Assembly: GCA_964549525.1 (NCBI GenBank)
Contig: CAZJUR010000003.1
Location: forward strand, 2,030 to 66,029
Source of the DNA: an uncultured Candidatus Saccharibacteria bacterium
GTDB taxonomy: Bacteria > Patescibacteriota > Saccharimonadia > Saccharimonadales > Saccharimonadaceae
Direction of reading: 5' to 3'
DNA length: 64,000 nucleotides
Both the position numbers and the translations under genes were made by a program. Under the pieces are notes generated by a model. The model had not been told where the DNA came from. It did not search any database and worked only from the letters and a program-made list of their open reading frames with translations. Numbering within the stretch: the first letter of the stretch is position 1; every line of letters starts with the position of its first letter. Positions 59,416 through 64,000 of this stretch are shown here, piece by piece.

Positions 59416-60105
59416 ATGTCTGTAGTTGTACCAGCACTTCTCTCACCCACCAAAGCCGAACTAGATCAACAATGGCTCAAGGTTCAGCCATTTGCAAATC
59501 GTGTTCATATCGACTTGATGGATGGTCAATTTGCGCCAGGCGACAGTCCTCAAATTAGTGATTTACAGTGGTCAGAGGGATGGGTGGTGGATATTCACCT
59601 CATGTACCATCATCCAGAGCTGAGATTAGAAGCCCTTACTGCTTTAAAACCAAAACCAAGCCTCGTTATTTTTCATGCTGAAGCAGAAGGCGATCTTTTA
59701 CCGTTTGCAGAAGGCCTACAAAAAGCCGGCATTAAGACAGGACTTGCTTTACAGCGCAAAACTGTGCCAGCAGATGTGGCGGGTCTCATCGGTATTGTTG
59801 ATCATGTACTTATTTTTAGCGGCAATCTTGGTGAATATGGGGGGACCGCAAATATGCTCCAAATCGAAAAAATACGACTGGTAAAAGCGATTAATCCCGT
59901 GGTTGAAATTGGCTGGGATGGAGGTGCGAACGTAAGTAACGCCTATACGTTGGCCTTGGGCGGAGTAGACGTAGTCAATGTTGGTGGAGAACTGGCAAAA
60001 AGTACGGATCCGCAAGAAACATATCGTCAACTTGATTTTGAAGTTCACCGAAAAGATGTGCTCGAAGAAGCAAAGCGCAAACAAGAAGCCAAAAAGGAAG
60101 CATAG
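59416..60105 (+). CDS. rpe: Ribulose-phosphate 3-epimerase-like protein
   Basis: VHIDLMDGQFAP and a TIM-barrel-like pattern. More divergent than typical Rpe. Confidence 0.8.
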   Translation: MSVVVPALLSPTKAELDQQWLKVQPFANRVHIDLMDGQFAPGDSPQISDLQWSEGWVVDIHLMYHHPELRLEALTALKPKPSLVIFHAEAEGDLLPFAEGLQKAGIKTGLALQRKTVPADVAGLIGIVDHVLIFSGNLGEYGGTANMLQIEKIRLVKAINPVVEIGWDGGANVSNAYTLALGGVDVVNVGGELAKSTDPQETYRQLDFEVHRKDVLEEAKRKQEAKKEA

Positions 60106-60110
60106 AGCGT

Positions 60111-60980
60111 ATGGGTGGGAAACTAACACTACAGCAACTTGAAGCTAAAGCACAATCTATTAGAGAAAATATTATCACTATGCTCGAGATCGCTGGTTCT
60201 GGTCATAGCGCAGGGCCGCTCGGACTAGCCGACATTTTCACGGCACTGTATTTCTCTATTGCAAAAATAGATCCTCAGCGACCAGACTGGGAAGAGCGCG
60301 ATCTTATTCTGCTTTCAAACGGTCACTGTGTGCCGGTCCAATATGTCACAATGGCACAAGCCGGTTTTTTCCCTGTAGAGGAGCTTAAAACGCTGCGTGC
60401 CTTTGGCTCTCGCTTGCAAGGTCATCCCGAGAGAGAAAAATTACCTGGCTTAGAAACCACAAGTGGCCCGCTCGGATCGGGCTTGAGCCAAGCCGCCGGC
60501 ATGGCGTATGTACTTCAATATATTGATCCGCTACCATCTGGAAAAGAACGATGGATCTACACCATTATGGGGGATGGGGAGCTAGATGAAGGCAATATTT
60601 GGGAAGCAGCGATGTTTGCGGGTAAGAATAAATTACATCGTTTGATTGGTATTATTGATCGAAATAACATCCAAATTGATGGGCGGACAGAAGATGTCAT
60701 GCCACTCGAAGATTTGAAAGGTAAATGGGAAAGTTTTGGCTGGCACGTCGAAGAGATTGACGGAAATAATATTGAAAGCGTGATTGATGCTTGTGCATTA
60801 GCGCGCTCTATTACCAATAAACCAAGTGTGATTATTGCGCATACCGTACCAGGCAAGGGAGTAGATTTTATGGAGTATGACTATCATTGGCATGGTAAAC
60901 CACCTAATCACGAACAGGCTCACGAAGCTTTGCAGAAACTTCGAAGTTTGAATGGAAAAATAAGCGGAGAACATCAATGA
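60111..60980 (+). CDS. Transketolase, N-terminal (TPP-binding) subunit
   Basis: GSGHSAGPLGLADI and GDGELDEGNIWEAAMFA. Split tkt arrangement. Confidence 0.93.
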   Translation: MGGKLTLQQLEAKAQSIRENIITMLEIAGSGHSAGPLGLADIFTALYFSIAKIDPQRPDWEERDLILLSNGHCVPVQYVTMAQAGFFPVEELKTLRAFGSRLQGHPEREKLPGLETTSGPLGSGLSQAAGMAYVLQYIDPLPSGKERWIYTIMGDGELDEGNIWEAAMFAGKNKLHRLIGIIDRNNIQIDGRTEDVMPLEDLKGKWESFGWHVEEIDGNNIESVIDACALARSITNKPSVIIAHTVPGKGVDFMEYDYHWHGKPPNHEQAHEALQKLRSLNGKISGEHQ

Positions 60981-61975
60981 GCCGCTTCCCACTTGCTGAA
61001 AAGCTTTTTCATGAAGATATCGTCCAAGAGCCTATTCGTGCTGGATTTGGGCGTGGACTCAAAATGGCGGGCGAAAAAAACCAGCAAGTTGTTGCACTTT
61101 GTGCCGATCTCACAGAATCAACCCAGATGCATTTGTTTAAAGAGGCATTCCCTGCTCGTTTTGTTCAAGTAGGTGTAGCGGAACAAAATCTTGTGACGCT
61201 TGCGAGTGGAATGGCCGCGATGGGCAAGATACCGTATGCGAGTAGCTATGCTGCATTTAGTCCCGGTCGGAATTGGGAGCAGATTCGAACAACTATTTGC
61301 CTCAATAATATGACTGTTCGTATTGTAGGGTCGCATGCTGGAGTGAGTGTCGGTCCCGACGGCGCCACTCACCAAATGCTCGAAGATATTGCTCTCATGA
61401 GGGTGCTACCAAACATGGTCGTCATTGCACCTGGTGATGCTATTGAGGCAGAGAAGGCCACACTTGCGCTCGCAGAGGACTCTCGTCCAGCCTATTTACG
61501 CTTAGCTCGAGAGAAAACGCCTGTTTTTACGACTGCTGAATCTCCTTTTTCTATCGGCAAAGTATACACACTGAGAGATGGGCGCGATATTTCACTTATC
61601 GGTAGCGGTACGATGACGTACCAGTTGCTTGTAGCTGCCAATCTGCTTTCTAAAGAAGGAATTGAAGCCGAAGTTTTACATGCTCCCACAATCAAGCCGC
61701 TTGACCAGGACGTTATTTTATCATCTGTCCGAAAAACAGGTCGGGCCATGACTGCCGAAGAAGCACAGCGAGATGGTGGACTGGGAGGAGCTGTAGCGGA
61801 ATTACTGTCTTCTCGCCTGCCTATTCCATTGAAACGATTAGGCATGAAAGATAGATTCGGTGAAAGCGGAACACCCGAAGAGTTACTACGTCATTTTGAG
61901 TTAACGAGCGATGCGATTGCCCATAAAGTACGATCATTTATACAAACAGTTCCGCAATACAAACAAGGTTTTTAA
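60977..61975 (+). CDS. Transketolase, C-terminal (pyrimidine-binding) subunit
   Basis: VGVAEQNLVTLASGMA and GPDGATHQMLEDIALMR. Overlaps the N-terminal subunit gene by 4 nt. Confidence 0.93.
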   Translation: MSRFPLAEKLFHEDIVQEPIRAGFGRGLKMAGEKNQQVVALCADLTESTQMHLFKEAFPARFVQVGVAEQNLVTLASGMAAMGKIPYASSYAAFSPGRNWEQIRTTICLNNMTVRIVGSHAGVSVGPDGATHQMLEDIALMRVLPNMVVIAPGDAIEAEKATLALAEDSRPAYLRLAREKTPVFTTAESPFSIGKVYTLRDGRDISLIGSGTMTYQLLVAANLLSKEGIEAEVLHAPTIKPLDQDVILSSVRKTGRAMTAEEAQRDGGLGGAVAELLSSRLPIPLKRLGMKDRFGESGTPEELLRHFELTSDAIAHKVRSFIQTVPQYKQGF

Positions 61976-61987
61976 GAAGGAGTCCTT

Positions 61988-62899
61988 ATGTCACTGAGCA
62001 TTCGAGAAATACGTCATAATACGACCAGAGCTCGCCATTTAATGCAACGTTCTCGGCAACAAAAGTTTGCTGTCGGGGCGTTTAATATTGATAATCAAGA
62101 GACATTGATTGCTGTAGCGCGTGCAGCTCAAAAATTACGTGCGCCAGTACTTGTGGAGGTTAGTGACGGGGAAGTAAAAGCACTTGGACTTGATAATATC
62201 CGTGACATGGTCGACAATTACAAGATTGAATATGGCATAGAAATATACGTCAATCTCGATCATAGTCCGTCTGTAGAAGCCGCTAAAAGAGGGATAGACG
62301 CTGGATTTGAGTTTATTCATATAGATATTTCCCAAGCTAATCATGAAGCAAGCGATGAGACAATTATCTCGGCAACTCAAGAAGTAGTTCAATACGCCGC
62401 ATTTACGGGTGCTTTGGTGGAAAGTGAGCCGCATTATTTTGGCGGTAGCTCAAATGTTCATACAGAAGAAATCAATTACGATGAGATTAAAAAAACTTTC
62501 TCTACCCCACAAGCCGCAGAGCAGTTTGTTCGTGCCACAGGTATTGATACATTTGCAGCAGCTATCGGCAATCTACACGGCAAATATCCTGTACCAAAAG
62601 TACTTGATTTAGAGCTTTTACAAAAAATTCGAGATGCGATTGATTGTCAAATTTCTTTGCATGGTGGCTCCGGCACACCCCTGCATTTCTTTGAACGTGC
62701 TGCTCAAATTGGCGTCAGTAAAATTAACATTAATAGCGACATGCGCTTTGCTTTTCGCCAAACACTAGAAAAAGTATTGAAAGAACATCCCGACGAATAC
62801 GCCATTGTAAAATTAATGCCTGAAGTGTATGAAGCAGTCCAACAAGTTATCGAAGAAAAGATCAAAGCGTTTGGCAGTGAGGGAAAAGCAATTGTCTAA
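61988..62899 (+). CDS. fba: Class II fructose/tagatose-bisphosphate aldolase
   Basis: FAVGAFNIDNQETL, NLDHS, HGGSG and NINSDMR blocks. Confidence 0.9.
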   Translation: MSLSIREIRHNTTRARHLMQRSRQQKFAVGAFNIDNQETLIAVARAAQKLRAPVLVEVSDGEVKALGLDNIRDMVDNYKIEYGIEIYVNLDHSPSVEAAKRGIDAGFEFIHIDISQANHEASDETIISATQEVVQYAAFTGALVESEPHYFGGSSNVHTEEINYDEIKKTFSTPQAAEQFVRATGIDTFAAAIGNLHGKYPVPKVLDLELLQKIRDAIDCQISLHGGSGTPLHFFERAAQIGVSKININSDMRFAFRQTLEKVLKEHPDEYAIVKLMPEVYEAVQQVIEEKIKAFGSEGKAIV

Positions 62900-63872
62900 A
62901 ATCCCTACTATTCTGACGATTGGCAAGGCGACCCAAGATGTGTTTTTGATGAGCTCGAAAGAGTTTAAAACCTATCGACATAAAGGAGTTGTCTACGAAC
63001 AAATGCCACTCGGCGCCAAACTCAACTTGGATAATGTGGTTTTCTCTACTGGTGGAAATGCAACAAACGCAGCCGTTACTTTCGCGCGACAAGGACTGCG
63101 CAGTAAATATATTTGGGCACTCGGTACTGACATAGCGAGTCACTCTGTACTCGCTGCGCTGGATGAAGAAAACGTCAATACTACCAATGTCGTAGTAAAC
63201 GAGAAGTTCAGAGCGAGCTATTCAACTATCTTACTGGCAAAAAATGGTGAACGAACAATTTTAAATTTTCATGGCACTGAGCTGCCAAGTGATGGTCATC
63301 CACTTGATCTATCGGTCATAGAAGATATGGATTGGCTGTATCTCTCGGCTCTTAATAACATGCCATTACTAGCAAAAATAATAGATTTAGCGGTAAAGCA
63401 CGATGTCAAAGTTATGATGAATCCTTCTGGAAAGGAGTTGGCGGAAAAACAAAAACTTAAAGCGCTTCTCCCGGATATTGAAGTCTTGATTATGAATAAA
63501 GAAGAGGCTGCAATGCTTGTACAAGGTCATACCACCCTCGAGCTGCTTCATCATTTATCACATTATTGCGCTGTCAATATTATCTCGGATGGGCCTCATG
63601 GTGTGATGGCGACTGATGGAGAATATATTGTGCGGGCGGGCATGTATGAAGATGTGACAGTGGTGGATCGCACGGGCGCGGGCGATGCGTTTGGGTCAGG
63701 GTTTTTAAGTCAATGGTCGCAAGGTAAATCTCTGCAAGAAGCACTTATTTTTGCGAGCGCAAATGCGACATCGGTAGTGACAAAAATTGGAGCTAAAGAA
63801 GGTATTCTCCATAAAAATACACAGCTTCATCACATGCCTATAGATATAAAAAAGTATAAGGACATATCATGA
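62892..63872 (+). CDS. PfkB-family carbohydrate kinase
   Basis: TGAGDAFGSGF and GGNATNAA. Start tentatively set to TTG 62892 (after GAGGGAAAAG) rather than ATG 62829, which lies 70 nt inside fba. Confidence 0.8.
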   Translation: MSKIPTILTIGKATQDVFLMSSKEFKTYRHKGVVYEQMPLGAKLNLDNVVFSTGGNATNAAVTFARQGLRSKYIWALGTDIASHSVLAALDEENVNTTNVVVNEKFRASYSTILLAKNGERTILNFHGTELPSDGHPLDLSVIEDMDWLYLSALNNMPLLAKIIDLAVKHDVKVMMNPSGKELAEKQKLKALLPDIEVLIMNKEEAAMLVQGHTTLELLHHLSHYCAVNIISDGPHGVMATDGEYIVRAGMYEDVTVVDRTGAGDAFGSGFLSQWSQGKSLQEALIFASANATSVVTKIGAKEGILHKNTQLHHMPIDIKKYKDIS

Positions 63873-64000
63873 CAAAATTTCTCCAAGAGCTACTAGATGC
63901 CGAAGAGCCGTTATTTACGATAAGCTTACATGATTTAGAGAAAACGAGCGGCCGAAACAGTGTTGATGTCAAGCTCATGAGTGACATATTAGCGAGTTCC
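63869..64000 (+). CDS. Hypothetical protein, 3' end cut by window edge
   Basis: The ATG overlaps the pfkB-family stop (ATGA). It reads MTKFLQELLDAEEPLFTISLHDLEKTSGRNSVDVKLMSDILASS... and is open to the window end. Confidence 0.4.
   Translation, partial: MTKFLQELLDAEEPLFTISLHDLEKTSGRNSVDVKLMSDILASS

Overview
This 64-kb window looks like part of a small, tightly packed, moderately AT-rich bacterial chromosome. Its gene content resembles a CPR/Patescibacteria (Saccharibacteria-like) genome, but that is inference only. The standard genetic code applies: TGA ends clpP and there are no in-frame TGA codons in conserved genes.

Most of the window is housekeeping:
- tig (5'-truncated by the window edge)-clpP, rpoB-rpoC, sppA
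- rpsL-rpsG-[two reverse-strand ORFs]-fusA, lemA-htpX, ligA
- an RRM RNA-binding protein, tRNA-Ala(GGC), murF, leuS
- rpmF (48 aa, below the ORF-track cutoff), nusB, a Nudix hydrolase, rnc
- rpsP-KH-trmD, capA-like, rmuC, an aquaporin, pheST
- FKBP, a Grx-like protein with trxB, a PLD-like protein, ppa, rel
- gap followed by an rpiB-rpe-tktN-tktC-fba-pfkB sugar-phosphate operon

The accessory or unusual content is:
1. A minus-strand block (about 32.3-41.4 kb) bounded by tRNA-Gln(CUG). It carries a type II-like restriction-modification pair whose methyltransferase has an N-terminal HEAT-repeat domain, a VIT1 iron transporter, a complete cyoABCDE quinol oxidase operon and a VanY-type peptidase.
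2. An identical 54-bp duplicate of the 5' part of tRNA-Gln, with T-arm debris, next to that block.
3. A well-supported SAM-I riboswitch ahead of a Cys/Met-family PLP enzyme.
4. Two reverse-strand ORFs splitting the rpsG-fusA junction; one has a WhiB-like Cys motif (C-x42-C-x2-C-x5-C).
5. A frameshifted DUF1653 gene.
6. An orphan promoter-to-terminator unit (candidate small RNA) upstream of tRNA-Ala.
7. A recurrent pattern of -10 elements (TGnTAnAnT or plain TAnAnT) ending 6-11 nt before an ATG with no Shine-Dalgarno, which suggests many leaderless mRNAs.

I saw no CRISPR array, rRNA, transposase or integrase. All calls come from reading the sequence and ORF translations by eye; no searches were run.
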